Source: Thecamonas trahens ATCC 50062 (Eukaryota; Protista; Apusomonadida). From it: DNA of 64,000 nucleotides. Every line of letters starts with the position of its first letter. The first letter of the stretch is position 1. Location: positions 126,657-190,656 of the forward strand of contig NW_013657679.1 in assembly GCF_000142905.1 (NCBI RefSeq), given 5' to 3'. Below, piece after piece: positions 10,913 to 21,878 of the stretch. A model generated the notes under the pieces. That model saw only the letters and a list, made by a program, of their open reading frames with translations, ran no database searches and was not told where the DNA came from. Made by a program: the position numbers and the translations under genes.

Positions 10913-11608
10913 ATGGTGAGAGCAAAGAAGCTTGGCATGATACTAGATGAGACAGCGGCATCGAGAGAGGCAAGGATGAGGGCTGGTAAGGCACCGTCGC
11001 GGTCCATATCGGCCTCGTCGACGTTGTCGGACGAGTTTGACGGCTCCACCACCACCCGCAACAACCTTGAGAACTGGGGCCTCCGCAAGCCATCGCGGGC
11101 AAGTCTGGCGCGGACAAAGTCAGTAACGTACGACGATGTGATCAAGGCGTCATCGGTTGCTGAGGGCAAGGCCAAGGGCAAGGCCAAGGCCAGGGGCAAG
11201 AGTAATGGCAAAGCCGAGGCCGAGACAATAGCGCCGCCACCAGCTTCGTTGTATGGCCATGGGAGTCCCACGGGCCACAGCCATCGTCGCCATGGTCATC
11301 GTCATCATGGCCAGCATCAACATCGCCGCCATCGCCATCACCATCGCCATCACCATCGCCACCATCACGGCCTCAACAGCTCCCAGGCCGGTCACAACAT
11401 GATGGCGTCGTTGAGTCTCCACTCTGCAGGCGGTTCTTTTGAATCGGGCTCAAGCTCGAGCTCGAGCTCAAGCTCTGAAAGCTCATCAGCTTCTTCTGGA
11501 CCGCCCGCGATCACTGACGCTGTCTCATCGTCGTCGTCTTCGTCATCGCCATCGTCTTCGTCTTCGTCTTCGTCTTCGTCTTCGTCTCCATCTTCGTCAT
11601 CGTCGTAA
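10913..11608 (+). CDS. Hypothetical low-complexity protein with His/Arg-rich and poly-Ser tracts
   Basis: ATG-initiated 231-aa ORF filling the intergenic gap; no family recognised. Confidence 0.5.
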   Translation: MVRAKKLGMILDETAASREARMRAGKAPSRSISASSTLSDEFDGSTTTRNNLENWGLRKPSRASLARTKSVTYDDVIKASSVAEGKAKGKAKARGKSNGKAEAETIAPPPASLYGHGSPTGHSHRRHGHRHHGQHQHRRHRHHHRHHHRHHHGLNSSQAGHNMMASLSLHSAGGSFESGSSSSSSSSSESSSASSGPPAITDAVSSSSSSSSPSSSSSSSSSSSSPSSSSS

Positions 11609-11996
11609 CCCAGGATCGCACCTGCCGTGATCGATAGAGCTGAGCACACTTCTGCTCAGCCTCCCTACCGTAGCCTGTCGTATACATTCTCCTCTACCAC
11701 CCACTGCTGCGTGATGCCGGGCTGGTGCGACGTCTCGACAACGATCGTCAGCACCAAGCCAGACGATGCGAACCTCTCTTCCCCCAACCCAAGCACCACC
11801 TCCGCCCCAACAACATCGATCCAGTATCCAATCTCCCCCTTGTCCACCCTTCCACCCCAGTCCGTCATCATCGGTGCCGTTCACCCATGCCGTGTCGCGC
11901 AGGTCGACCACGACTCGACGACCGTCTCAGCCAAAGCGCTCCCCACCCACAGCTCGCAGAGACAGGCAAGGACACCCCACTTGTCGACTCGCGAAC

Positions 11997-13859
11997 ATGT
12001 TGCGTTCAGGAGGCTGGGTGAGACGCTGGCGAGCTGCAGGGTTTGTGAGAAGGGTCCAGCATGCGTCCGGGGATGGAGCCGCTGTGTCCGAGTCGGTAAC
12101 GCGAGCGACGCGGTCTGTGCTGGGGCGAGTGGTGGCGGCGCTGCGGCGAAGGGGCGAGCGTGGCGATGGGGCGGCCGGTGAAGCAGCAGAAGAGGCCGAG
12201 AGCGTGCGGAAGCATCTTGATGATGTGTTTCGGATGGTGGTGGTCGGCGAGTTCAATGCCGGCAAGTCGTCGTTCATCAACGCCCTGGTGGGCAAGAAGG
12301 TGGTGGCCGAGGGCGTAACACCCACCACCCATCAGATCAACATCCTTGAGTACGGCAAACCGCCGTCGGGTCCGATCACTGTCGAGATGGATACAACGCT
12401 GACAAAACTGGACGTTGAATGGCTCCGAGGCGTGTCCATCGTCGACACGCCGGGCACTAATGCTGTGGTGGAGAAGCACGACTCGATCGCACGGCACTTT
12501 GTCCCCCGCGCTGACACGGTCCTTTTCCTCACCACCTTTGACAAGAGCATCTCGCACTCGGAGCGAGAGTTCCTTACAGACATTGCTCAGTGGGGCAAGA
12601 AGATTGTGGCAGTGGTGAACAAGATCGACATTGTCGACGCCGGCGAGCCGGGCGAGGTCGACGCCGTTCTCGCCTTTGTTGAGTCGTCGCTCCGTGACGT
12701 GCTGCCAGACAAGAACGCGGCGCCGCTGCCGATGTTTGCGGTCTCGGCCCGCCGTGCCCTGGTCCAGCCGGGCTCGGACCCTGGCTTCAATAGCCTGCAC
12801 GCCTACATCCATGAGTTGCTGGAGAGCGACGAGCGACGTGTCATCAAGCTCGAGGCGCCGCTTGCGGTGGCGGCGCGGGTGACGGCGGCAGCAGCCGCAA
12901 CAGCCGAAGCCGAAGTGACGGCGGCGGCTGCCAGACTCGACGTGGTGACGGCGGTAGCCGGCGAGGTCGACGAGCATGTGGCCGACTGCGACATCCGGGT
13001 CGAGGCTGTGGTGGCGCGGGTCGGCAAGTCGCTGTACGCGGTCCGCGACCAAATCCGTGACGTCATCTCGGCCAACTTTACCTATGGCTCGCTGTTCAAG
13101 GCGCTCGTAGCGCCGCACACGGTGGCGGCGACGTTTGAGGCCCAATTTGTGGCCTCGGTCGACGGCGAGGTGTACCAGGATGCCAAGCGCGGGCTCGGCA
13201 GCCTCCGTGCGGCGCACGCCGAGTTTCTTAGTGGGTACGCCGAAAAGCTGCAGCGGCTTGCGCCAGATGTGGCGCCCAGGCGAGTGCCGAACATTTCGTC
13301 GGCGTCAGCCGAGGCCGAGGTTGCGCGGTCTGTGGCCCAGGCAGCTACGGCGCCGCTTCAAGTTGCGCTGCGGGGTGCGACACTGGCGTCGCGGCTCCGG
13401 GCCTCGTTCTCGACGTTGCTGGTAGTCGAGGGCTCGCTGGCAGGGGCGGGGACACTGGCTTCGATCGCCTCGGACATGGTCCTCATTCCATGGGTCGGGA
13501 CGGCGGCGCTCATGACTGCGGCACTTGGCCTTGTGCCGCTGCAGCGCGCGGCGACGATCAAGTCGCTGCACGACGCACTTGCGTTTGGCGTCAAAGCCGC
13601 CGAGGCGCGGATGCGTGCGGCGGTGGAGGCCGACGTCGACGATGTACGTGCCGCAGCTGCAAGCGTGGCGAGCCCAGTCGTCGAAGCTGCGCAGAGTGCA
13701 GCTCGCAACGCGGCGCGCGATCTGGCCGAGCTGGACGAGATCGGCGCGTCTGTTGACGCTGTGGATGCCGAGCTCGACACGCTGCGGTGCCTGAGCGAGG
13801 CGGAGAAGCGCAGCACGGCGCGGCCGTACGCCAAGCGGCGGCAGAGGCGACAGAGGTGA
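11997..13859 (+). CDS. Dynamin-like GTPase of the FZL/bacterial DLP (mitofusin-related) type with an Arg-rich putative mitochondrial presequence
   Basis: GEFNAGKS (G1), GVTPTT (G2), DTPGTN (G3) and NKID (G4). Hydrophobic hairpin near the C-terminus followed by a coiled coil. Confidence 0.85.
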   Translation: MLRSGGWVRRWRAAGFVRRVQHASGDGAAVSESVTRATRSVLGRVVAALRRRGERGDGAAGEAAEEAESVRKHLDDVFRMVVVGEFNAGKSSFINALVGKKVVAEGVTPTTHQINILEYGKPPSGPITVEMDTTLTKLDVEWLRGVSIVDTPGTNAVVEKHDSIARHFVPRADTVLFLTTFDKSISHSEREFLTDIAQWGKKIVAVVNKIDIVDAGEPGEVDAVLAFVESSLRDVLPDKNAAPLPMFAVSARRALVQPGSDPGFNSLHAYIHELLESDERRVIKLEAPLAVAARVTAAAAATAEAEVTAAAARLDVVTAVAGEVDEHVADCDIRVEAVVARVGKSLYAVRDQIRDVISANFTYGSLFKALVAPHTVAATFEAQFVASVDGEVYQDAKRGLGSLRAAHAEFLSGYAEKLQRLAPDVAPRRVPNISSASAEAEVARSVAQAATAPLQVALRGATLASRLRASFSTLLVVEGSLAGAGTLASIASDMVLIPWVGTAALMTAALGLVPLQRAATIKSLHDALAFGVKAAEARMRAAVEADVDDVRAAAASVASPVVEAAQSAARNAARDLAELDEIGASVDAVDAELDTLRCLSEAEKRSTARPYAKRRQRRQR

Positions 13860-13867
13860 AGTACGCG

Positions 13868-15217
13868 CTATGGCGAGTCGGAGATGGAGCGCGACCGCGA
13901 GCGGGTGAACACCGTTCCACCGGTAGTTGTCGACGGCAGCGGGTGCTTGAACTGGACAATGATGAGCGACATGTTGTCGCGGCCGAGCGAAGTTGCCGAG
14001 TTTCGCGAGGCAAGGCAGCGGTCGAGAAGTGAAGAGGCAATGACTGGGAGGGCGAGGCCCTTTGCCAGGCCGCGCTTGACGTGCTTGATGACCTGTGCGT
14101 TGTTGAGCTTCTCAAAAATACCGTCACAAGCGACGACCAGAAAGTCGAGGGCAGGCACAAAGGGAATGGCTGTAAACTCGGGGTCGGCAATGACAGGTTG
14201 GTCCTTGCGCGGCAAGCCGGGCTTGTCCTTGATGGTGATGTCACCGATGGCGCGCGACATGGCGAGGCCGCCGACGCGGTAGTCGCCCGAGTCGGACTCG
14301 ACCGAGCCGCCGGCCCGCTGGATCCGCGCCATCTCGCCGGGGAGATTGACCAGGTGGTCGCGGGTAAGCGCAACGAGCTTGCCGCGGCGACACGCAAGGG
14401 CGCGCGAGTCGCCGACATTACCGACAAGGAGCATGTCCGAAGTAACAAGGGCAATGACGGCGGTTGAGCCCGGTGATCGCGAGCGAATGTGCGCAAAGGA
14501 CCGGCTGATGAGATCCTCATCAAGCGAGATGACTGCGCGCGAGATGGCAGACTTGAGGCTTGTCTTTGAGCGGCCATGCGCGGCGGCACGGATGCGATCC
14601 GGAAGCTCGTCGGCGCAGAGCTGTGAGACTTGGTCGCCGCCGTGGCCGTCGTACACGGCAAACATCTTGACAGGGTCGTGCGGGGTGTTGAAGAGGTCGA
14701 CCTCGACGGTGTGGGCATCCTCCTGGTGACTCCGCCAACCCTGCATCCATGCAGTGACCCATTCAAGTTCGCGAGTCGATCCGCTCTCCAGGTGCTTCTT
14801 GGTCACCGGCCTGCGCAGGTAGGTACCCTCAGACGACACGCTCGAGGAGCAGGTCGATCCAGTCGTCGCCGACCGCGACTCGCCCGACTCGGGCGACGAG
14901 CCGCCTGTTGACGACACACCTGAGTCCCATCGCGGCGCCAGTGCCACGCCAGGCATCGAGTGTGACGACGCGGACAAAGTATCCGGCGAGCTGGAGCCCG
15001 ACGATGTAGCCGAGGATGCCGAAGCCGAGGCTGAGGATGACGACGACGAAGACGATGAAGACGACGACGATGACGATGCAGGCCGCGCCATGCCATGAGG
15101 ATACAGACCAGCGGAGGAGTAAGCTGATGAAGAAGCCGAGTCTGAGTCTGAGGGCGATACCAATGCCGGGAACGACGAGCACGACGAGGTTGATGACGAG
15201 GCAGACGAAGCAGACAT
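13868..15217 (-). CDS. Protein phosphatase 2C with Ser-rich N-terminal extension
   Basis: MQGWRSHQEDAH, YDGHGG, NVGDSR, LAMSRAIGD, ACDGIF and DNMS motifs. Confidence 0.93.
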   Translation of the reverse strand: MSASSASSSTSSCSSFPALVSPSDSDSASSSAYSSAGLYPHGMARPASSSSSSSSSSSSSSSASASASSATSSGSSSPDTLSASSHSMPGVALAPRWDSGVSSTGGSSPESGESRSATTGSTCSSSVSSEGTYLRRPVTKKHLESGSTRELEWVTAWMQGWRSHQEDAHTVEVDLFNTPHDPVKMFAVYDGHGGDQVSQLCADELPDRIRAAAHGRSKTSLKSAISRAVISLDEDLISRSFAHIRSRSPGSTAVIALVTSDMLLVGNVGDSRALACRRGKLVALTRDHLVNLPGEMARIQRAGGSVESDSGDYRVGGLAMSRAIGDITIKDKPGLPRKDQPVIADPEFTAIPFVPALDFLVVACDGIFEKLNNAQVIKHVKRGLAKGLALPVIASSLLDRCLASRNSATSLGRDNMSLIIVQFKHPLPSTTTGGTVFTRSRSRSISDSP

Positions 15218-15558
15218 GGCGGACGAGTCGGACGAGTCGGACGAGGCGGACGAGGCGGACGAGGGGTTGAGGACGACGAGGCAGACGACTGGCCCGAGTC
15301 AAAGCCCGAGCCAGGTGCTGGTGAGCGCGGCTGGTGGTGGGTGGCGCGGGGCATGAGTGGATGGGTGGGCGGGAGAGGTGGTGGTGACAGTGGTGACAGT
15401 GGCGGAGGCAGTGGCGGTGGGTGGCAGCGTTGCGGGTGAGTAGGTGGATTTGCGGCGGGAGTGGGGCGCGGCGGTGGCAACACTGATGCGGCCGATGGAC
15501 CCGGAGTGGCCAGCGATAGGCAGGCGGCAAATAGAGAGGGAGCTGTTGAGGGGCAGGT

Positions 15559-16825
15559 TCAATAAGGATTGGCCGAGCTGCGGGAGCGATGGCTAGCACG
15601 GGCCTTGCGGGAGGACGAGGCTGCAGCTGGCGATGCGGCGGGCGATGCGGCGGGAGAGACGGAGGGTGATGAAGAGGCGGCGGCGGAGGAAGAAGGCGGG
15701 ACGGAGAGCGCGGATGAGGCTGCCGAGCCGCCAAACTTGCGTGATTTGTGCGGAGGGGTGCCGGCGGTGTGTAGCCGTCGAGGGGCGTGGCACCCCAGGC
15801 GACGACCGACCCGTCCTCAGCGGCCGTGTAGGCGTTGCCAATGGTGCTGTTCCAGTGGACTGCGCGGATGTGACCGGCGTGGCCGCCGCTGAGAGTAAAG
15901 ACAGGCTCGATAGCGTCTAGAGTGACGTGGGCGGCGACGACGTTGCCCACGGGGTCGGCGCCAAAGGCGACGAGCTGCTCTGACGCGCGATCGTATGAGG
16001 CCGAGACCAGGGTGGCGACGCCGAGGTCCTCACGCATCGACGATGTGGTGAGGATCGACTCAACGTCTTCAAGCGACCAAAGAACCATGTTGTACGTGCC
16101 TGTGATGGTCCAGAGGAACTCTGATGACGGACCAAAGAACCCGATGCTGTGCGACGACTCACCCTGGCTGAGGACGCCGACGAGCGAGTCGTCCTCGTCC
16201 CACGAGCCATCGGCGGCGTCAAAGAGGCAGATGAGGCCGTCGTCACCAGCGGTGATGAGCTGGGTCGATGAGCCCGGGAGGAAGCGGGCGTGGAAGACCG
16301 GCTGCTCGTCCGAGTGCGAGTCGGCGATGCAGGTCAGCGGGCAGCCGAGTCGCCAGCGCGGATATCCCACAAGTAGACCCGCGAGTCTGCAGCGGCAGCG
16401 GCAAGAAGGCACCCCGAGACATCGATGTCAACACCGAGCGCAGCCTGGGTCTTGTACGCAGCATCGTAGCCCTTGGGCGCCGAAAAGGATGGAAGCGCAA
16501 CCTCGAGAGCAGGTCGACCAGCGAGAGCGGCGGCGCGCAGATCCCACAGTTCGACACCGCCATTGACAGCGATGGCGAGCATGTTCGAGTCAGCAGGAGC
16601 AAAAGCAGCATGATGCGGAGTCGACGATGTGTCCAACGTCAGAACAGTGGCCAGTGAGCTCGGATCGACCATGACCATCTGCGGAGAGGACATGCTCACG
16701 GCAAGGAGCGACGAGTCGCTGGTGGCTGTCACCTCTGTGCAGTACACAGAAGATGCATGGTCGAGGGCAAGTGTCGGTGACAGCGTCGTGTGTCCGAGAT
16801 TAGGAAGGCTGCTGGTGGTGGACAT
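15559..16825 (-). CDS. WDR89: WD40 protein, WDR89-like; two apparent 1-base frameshifts (about 16339-16341 and 15755-15758)
   Basis: LWDIR.../DSHSD...LITAGDDGLICLFD...EDDSL...GGH...AEDG. Adding one C at each C-run joins the frames and ends the protein in ...SANPY*. Confidence 0.7.
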
Positions 16826-17121
16826 GGTGGTGGGTGGCGTGGTGTGGCGTGGTGTGGTGTGGTGTGGTGGGTGGGTAGGTGGGTGGTGGGAGAGAGAGAT
16901 GGATGGTGTCAGCGAGGAAGGAGGGGAGGGTGACGAAGGGATCTGGACTGATGTGGGCTGATGTGGGCTAATGTGGGCTGATCTGAGGTGGTTTGGCCCG
17001 ATTTGATGCTCGAGTCTGATGGCATCAAGGCAGATGGGATGCGAGAGGGAGAGAGAGAGGGAGGGAGAGAGAAGGAGATGGATGGTGTCAGTGTGGAGGA
17101 GGAGGGGGAAATGGGGAGGGG

Positions 17122-17221
17122 NNNNNNNNNNNNNNNNNNNNNNNNNNNNNNNNNNNNNNNNNNNNNNNNNNNNNNNNNNNNNNNNNNNNNNNNNNNNNNN
17201 NNNNNNNNNNNNNNNNNNNNN
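17122..17221. other. Assembly gap (100 N) flanked by G-rich and poly-C sequence
   Basis: Run of N in the sequence. Confidence 1.
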
Positions 17222-17298
17222 CCCCCCCCCCCCCCCAACCCTATCTGACCCATCCACTCACAACCTTCTCTCTCTCTCTCACCCCTCCCTGGCCCCGC

Positions 17299-18792
17299 AT
17301 GCTTGCATTCGCTACTGCCCGGCGGCGAGGTGCGGCCGTTAACGATGGAGGTGCGGAGGAGGACGCTGGTGGGAAGGGCGACGCTGAGGCGGCGGGCGAC
17401 AGGCGAGGCGGGCGACGATGGCAGTGGGGGTGGCACGGTCGGAGGCGAGGGCGACAGAGCTGGTGGAGGGAGCGGATGGTGATGTGGCTACTGGTGGTTG
17501 GCATCATGATCACCGGTGGCGTGATGATGGTGTGGGGTGGGCTGATCCACTCTCCGCTTGTCCGCCCAGCTGGCGATGCCGTCGACAGTGCTCCCGCCAC
17601 ATCATGCTTTGATCCCCGCCGCATTCGTAGCCTTGCAGGCGGCGAGACGCCTGGTCTTCTGGACGCGTTGAGCGCTGTGGGTTGTGTCGATAGGGGCTCG
17701 GCCACCTCTGGTGGGGAGACAGGCGCAGTGGTAATGGAAATGCACACGGGATCACAGGGCTTTGGTGTCCAGTTTGCGTCGTATGTGGCGGCGATGGCGG
17801 CGGCGATGGCCTGGCCGGGCGGCCCGGTCCCGCTGATATTTGCCGGTGAAGCGTGGAACTACGGCGGGGCAAACACCACGCTGGTCGACGTCCTGGCTCC
17901 CGGTGCAGCATGTCGCCCACCGGCGAGCGAAGCTTGGCTAAGTGCCGCGGATCACATCGCATACCACAAGGTCATGTTGGGGCGGACAAACATTTGCCAA
18001 CCCGGGCCGGCGGCCGGCGATCCATTTTGCGAGCCTATGTCGCGCGAGAGCGACGGTAGCCGGCGGCGGCGAGGCGGTAGCCTCATCAAGTCTGGCGGCG
18101 GCGACCGAGTCCGCGGCGGTGCACAGTGGGGACTTGCCTTTCACAGCAAGATCCTCGCCGCCGGCGCAGCGCTCGAGTGGTTCCCCGGCGGTGCGCGTGA
18201 GTGGGAGGCGCTGCTCACGGCGGCGCTCTTCTGCCCGGGCCCGCGGATCCTGGCACGGGCGGCCGAGGCCAAGGCGGCGTCAGGCTTGCCCTGGGACGAC
18301 AAGCCGGTCATCGGCCTGCACATCCGGCGCGGCGACCGGACCGATCTGCACAAACACCTTGTGGCCGACTACTTTGACGAGGTGGCGGCGCTGGCAGACG
18401 AGCTTGCGACAGACGCGGTGTGGGTGGCTGCAGACGCAGCTGAGACGCTTGAAGCGGTCGAGGCTGTGTTTGGTGAGCGATACTCGCTGTACTCGCTGTG
18501 GCACTGGGCGCGGGACGCGCCTGGGGCCGACGTGGCATGGGGCGGGGCGTACATGTTTACGGCGACGACTCCAGATGCGCTCATGGACAGCATGCTGGTT
18601 GACATTGAGCTGCTAGGCTCAACATCGGCGCTGGTCGGCGCGCAGCGGTCGCGGTTCGGGTGGCTGGCGTCACGGCTGATTGCCGGGCGCGGCAACGAGG
18701 CGGCGTGCCCACGGTGGGTGGCCGGCGACACGTCGAACGCGTACGGGTGGTGGAATGGCGATGACGTCGATCCGCGCAAAGTGTGTGTGTGA
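17299..18792 (+). CDS. Type II membrane glycosyltransferase, alpha-1,6-fucosyltransferase-like (GT23, FUT8/NodZ)
   Basis: N-terminal transmembrane segment, then GFGVQF, the GDP-fucose-binding motif VIGLHIRRGD, and DIELL...LVG...SRFG. Confidence 0.75.
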   Translation: MLAFATARRRGAAVNDGGAEEDAGGKGDAEAAGDRRGGRRWQWGWHGRRRGRQSWWRERMVMWLLVVGIMITGGVMMVWGGLIHSPLVRPAGDAVDSAPATSCFDPRRIRSLAGGETPGLLDALSAVGCVDRGSATSGGETGAVVMEMHTGSQGFGVQFASYVAAMAAAMAWPGGPVPLIFAGEAWNYGGANTTLVDVLAPGAACRPPASEAWLSAADHIAYHKVMLGRTNICQPGPAAGDPFCEPMSRESDGSRRRRGGSLIKSGGGDRVRGGAQWGLAFHSKILAAGAALEWFPGGAREWEALLTAALFCPGPRILARAAEAKAASGLPWDDKPVIGLHIRRGDRTDLHKHLVADYFDEVAALADELATDAVWVAADAAETLEAVEAVFGERYSLYSLWHWARDAPGADVAWGGAYMFTATTPDALMDSMLVDIELLGSTSALVGAQRSRFGWLASRLIAGRGNEAACPRWVAGDTSNAYGWWNGDDVDPRKVCV

Positions 18793-18799
18793 GACACCC

Positions 18800-20630
18800 T
18801 TACATGACTGAGCAGGCCTTGTTGTCGCTGTGTGCCACATGCTTCTGCGAATGCGAGTGATGGTGGCCCGGGAGGCCATCCTCGCCGTCTGAGGTGTACG
18901 AGAGGCCGAGCGAAGGGTCGGTGTCTGACGAGTCGGCGTCGTCGTCGGACGACGACATCCAGCGAAGGCGGTACGCGTGCGGAACCTTGGTCTCAGGCAC
19001 AAATATGTCTGGCACAATGCCGTCCTCGTCCGAGTGGTCGGCCATAAGCGCGGCAACGGTCTGGACGCGGCGCTCGTCAGCGGCGGCACGGGCGCGGGCG
19101 GCGGCGAGCTGGGCCTGGGTCTCGCCGTTGAGCAACGAGTCGTCCGAGTCGTCCGAGTCACCATCCGAGTGCGAGGCGTGCTCGAGCTCGAGGTTACGGA
19201 GGAGGGCCTGGAGCGATGACGGGTAGTCGATGTGGGCGTCGCCGGACGGGTGCTCGACGATGACGATCTGCTCGTTCTCGTCGTAGTGGTGGCCGTGGAG
19301 CGGCTGGTTGGTGTCACGGCGACGGCGGACGCGCTGCACAATCTCCTCGTCATCAGATGCGTCTGATGACGAGGCTGCGGCCTTGTACAGCGTGTGGACC
19401 GAGCGCTCTCCAAACAGGTCGAGCATGTCCTCATCTCCTCCGTCACGTGGACCACGACTCGTTGCTTAGAGCGAACAATGGCGCCGAGCTGAGTCTTCGG
19501 CAGCGCCGACTCGAGGAGGAGCTCGACCATGTTGGCGCGTGCGGCGGCAGCCTCGGGATCGCTCTCGTCATCGGTTGCGCCGTCGACATCGAGTGTGAGC
19601 AGCTGCGCAAGACTTGACGGCTGCGCAGCGGCGGGCGAGTCGCCGGCTACAGTGCTGGCTGTGGCATCCGGCGCCAAAGACTCGGTGCGGTTGGCCATCG
19701 AGAGCTCGAGCGACATCAGTGAGGCGCTGAGGTTGAGCGGCGGCGGGGTGGAAGCTGTGCTGCCCACGTTTGCAGGCGTCACACTCGTCAGCAGCATGTC
19801 GAATGCCGCCAGCGGGTCAGCTCTGGCGGCCTCGGTGTCAAAGTCGAGATCAAACGAGAGTGTGGGGACAGGCAGAGCCGGTCGGCTAGACGAAGCCGAT
19901 GCTGACCCGTCGTCCGCGTCTGAGGCCGAGGGCGAGAGTGATGATGAGGATGAAGAATAAGCCGAAGACGATGAGGCCGAAGTGGCGTCCGCCTCTGCCT
20001 CTGCCTTGTCCGCAGCCTCTGCCTCTGCCTTGGCCGCAGCCTCTGCCTCTGCCTTGGCCGCAGCCTCGGCCTTGGCCGCAGCCTCAGCCTCTGCCTTGGC
20101 CGCAGCCTCTGCCTCTGCCTCTGCCTTGGCCGCAGCCTCTGCCTCTGCCTTGGCCGCAGCCTCGGCCTCTGCCTCTGCCTTGGCCGCAGCCTCTGCCTTG
20201 GCCGCAGCCTCGGCCTCTGCCTTGGCCGCAGCCTCGGCCTCTGCCTTGGCCGCAGCCTCTGCCTCGGCCTCTGCCTTGGCCGCAGCCTCTGCCTTGGCCG
20301 CAGCCTCGGCCTCTGCCTTGGCCGCAGCCTCTGCCTCGGCCTCTGCCTTGGCCGCAGCCTCGGCCTCTGCCTTGGCCGCAGCCTCTGCCTCGGCCTCTGC
20401 CTTGGCCGCAGCCTCTGCCTCTGCCTTGGCCGCAGCCTCTGCCTCTGCCCTGGCCGCAGCCTCTGCCTCTGCCTCTGCCTTGACCGCAGCCTCGGCCTCT
20501 GCCTCCACCTCCGCCCCCACCTCCACCTCCACCTCCGCCCCACCTTCACCTCCCCGCTACTCGAGCTACTCTCCGAGCCATCACTCTCATCCGACGAAGA
20601 GTCCAACATCACCAGCTCATCCTTGGGCAT
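18800..20630 (-). CDS. Hypothetical acidic protein with a long (AE)nAAAK repeat; two apparent frameshifts (about 20538-20541 and about 19435-19465)
   Basis: Three overlapping ORF segments (MPKDELV..., the AEAEAAAK array, MLDLFGE...) join into one coherent acidic protein. Confidence 0.55.
19990..20505 (-). repeat. Coding tandem repeat of 15/21/27-bp units encoding (AE)1-3AAAK
   Basis: GCCTTGGCCGCAGCCTCT-type units repeated more than 20 times. Confidence 0.95.
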
Positions 20631-21320
20631 GTTGCACCACCCACACGGGGAGAGCAGACTACCCACCCGCCCCCGCCCCACCCTGTCCCGGCACCAACCA
20701 TCAATGCCATCAACAATCACTTTCATGCTGACCATTGGCTCGTACGGCTACTTTTGGCACAGGCCAGGCGGAGGGCAGGACAGGGGGGGGGAGGGGGGGG
20801 GGAGGGGGACCCGTTCGTTCACTCGTTCGTTGGTTTGGTGGGAAAAGGGGAAGTGGGGCGGCAAAAGTGTTGGGGATTTAAGCTCAACACATTTCTCCAC
20901 ATCACAGTACGTAGACACTTGCTCAAGGAGGGGTGCATAGCCGGCGATTACCAGAGCCATGGCCATAGCCAAGGCGTACACACACACCGCTACCCCATAC
21001 TAGTACCTTTTGTGAAGAGGTTAGCCTCCGTCTTTTGTCTGGTGGTGGTCTAGTGGTCGCTGTAGCCTCTGCTTGGCCCTCCACAATGTGGCTCTAGCCG
21101 ATGCCGACAAAATCATGGGTCCTCGCCAACTTGGCCCAGAAGGGGTGGACAGCACCGACTGTGTGGACGTCGAGACTAGTGGAAGGCAGTGCAGCAAAGA
21201 GAGAGAGTGTGTGTAGGGGGTGTTTGTGTTTGGTTGTATGGCAGGGTACTCACTCACTGGTTATGGTCGTGTTGTGCTTATGGAACACGGTACGCGGACG
21301 GTGGTGGTGAACGACAGACA

Positions 21321-21710
21321 ATGTCGGCTGATCTTGTCTGGAAGCTCGTGAACCAGTCGCACTCGAAGCTCAAGAAGCAGAAGTCGATCGGTGTTACCTT
21401 CTCGGCTGAGAAGGGCAACGTCGCCAACATCAACACCCGCGCGTTCTCCGGATACTCGCCCGAGGCTGTTGACGTCACCGTGTTCCGCAACCGTGTTGTC
21501 GTCTCGGTCGCCGACAAGGACTCCATCAACAAGCCTGCCACCCGCTTCAACCGCACTTCGCTCAAGCCCGAAGCCCAGCTCTCCTCCAAGGCCGCTATCG
21601 CCGCCACCCTGGCCGCTGGCGTCAACCCGGTTGTTGCCCGCATGGCTGCTGCCCGTGCTGACCGCCTCTCCCGCCACGGCGTCCACAAGGTCAAGCGCTC
21701 GAAGAAGTAA
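21321..21710 (+). CDS. RPL28: 60S ribosomal protein L28 (eL28)
   Basis: MSADLVWKLVN...FSAEKGNVANINTRAFSG...AAARADRL; small basic protein with strongly biased codon usage. Confidence 0.85.
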   Translation: MSADLVWKLVNQSHSKLKKQKSIGVTFSAEKGNVANINTRAFSGYSPEAVDVTVFRNRVVVSVADKDSINKPATRFNRTSLKPEAQLSSKAAIAATLAAGVNPVVARMAAARADRLSRHGVHKVKRSKK

Positions 21711-21878
21711 ACTGGCCTGACAATCCTCGATCCCTCCCACCCGCATGCATGTCATTCCTCTCCACCCCCCTCCCGCCGCCCCTTCCCTCCCCTCGCCGTC
21801 TTCTCCCTGATCTTGGCTAGGTCCCCCCCCCCCTCCTCCTCCTGTCCCGGTGGCAACTGCACACGTCCACGAGACACA

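Noticed and set aside
14829-15560. Pro/Arg-rich C-terminal extension of ORF 14829-16412 overlapping PP2C
   Set aside because: It results from the frameshift at about 15757; the corrected frame stops at 15559-15561
16826-17436. ORFs reading through the N gap
   Set aside because: Artefacts of the 100-N gap and the flanking low-complexity sequence
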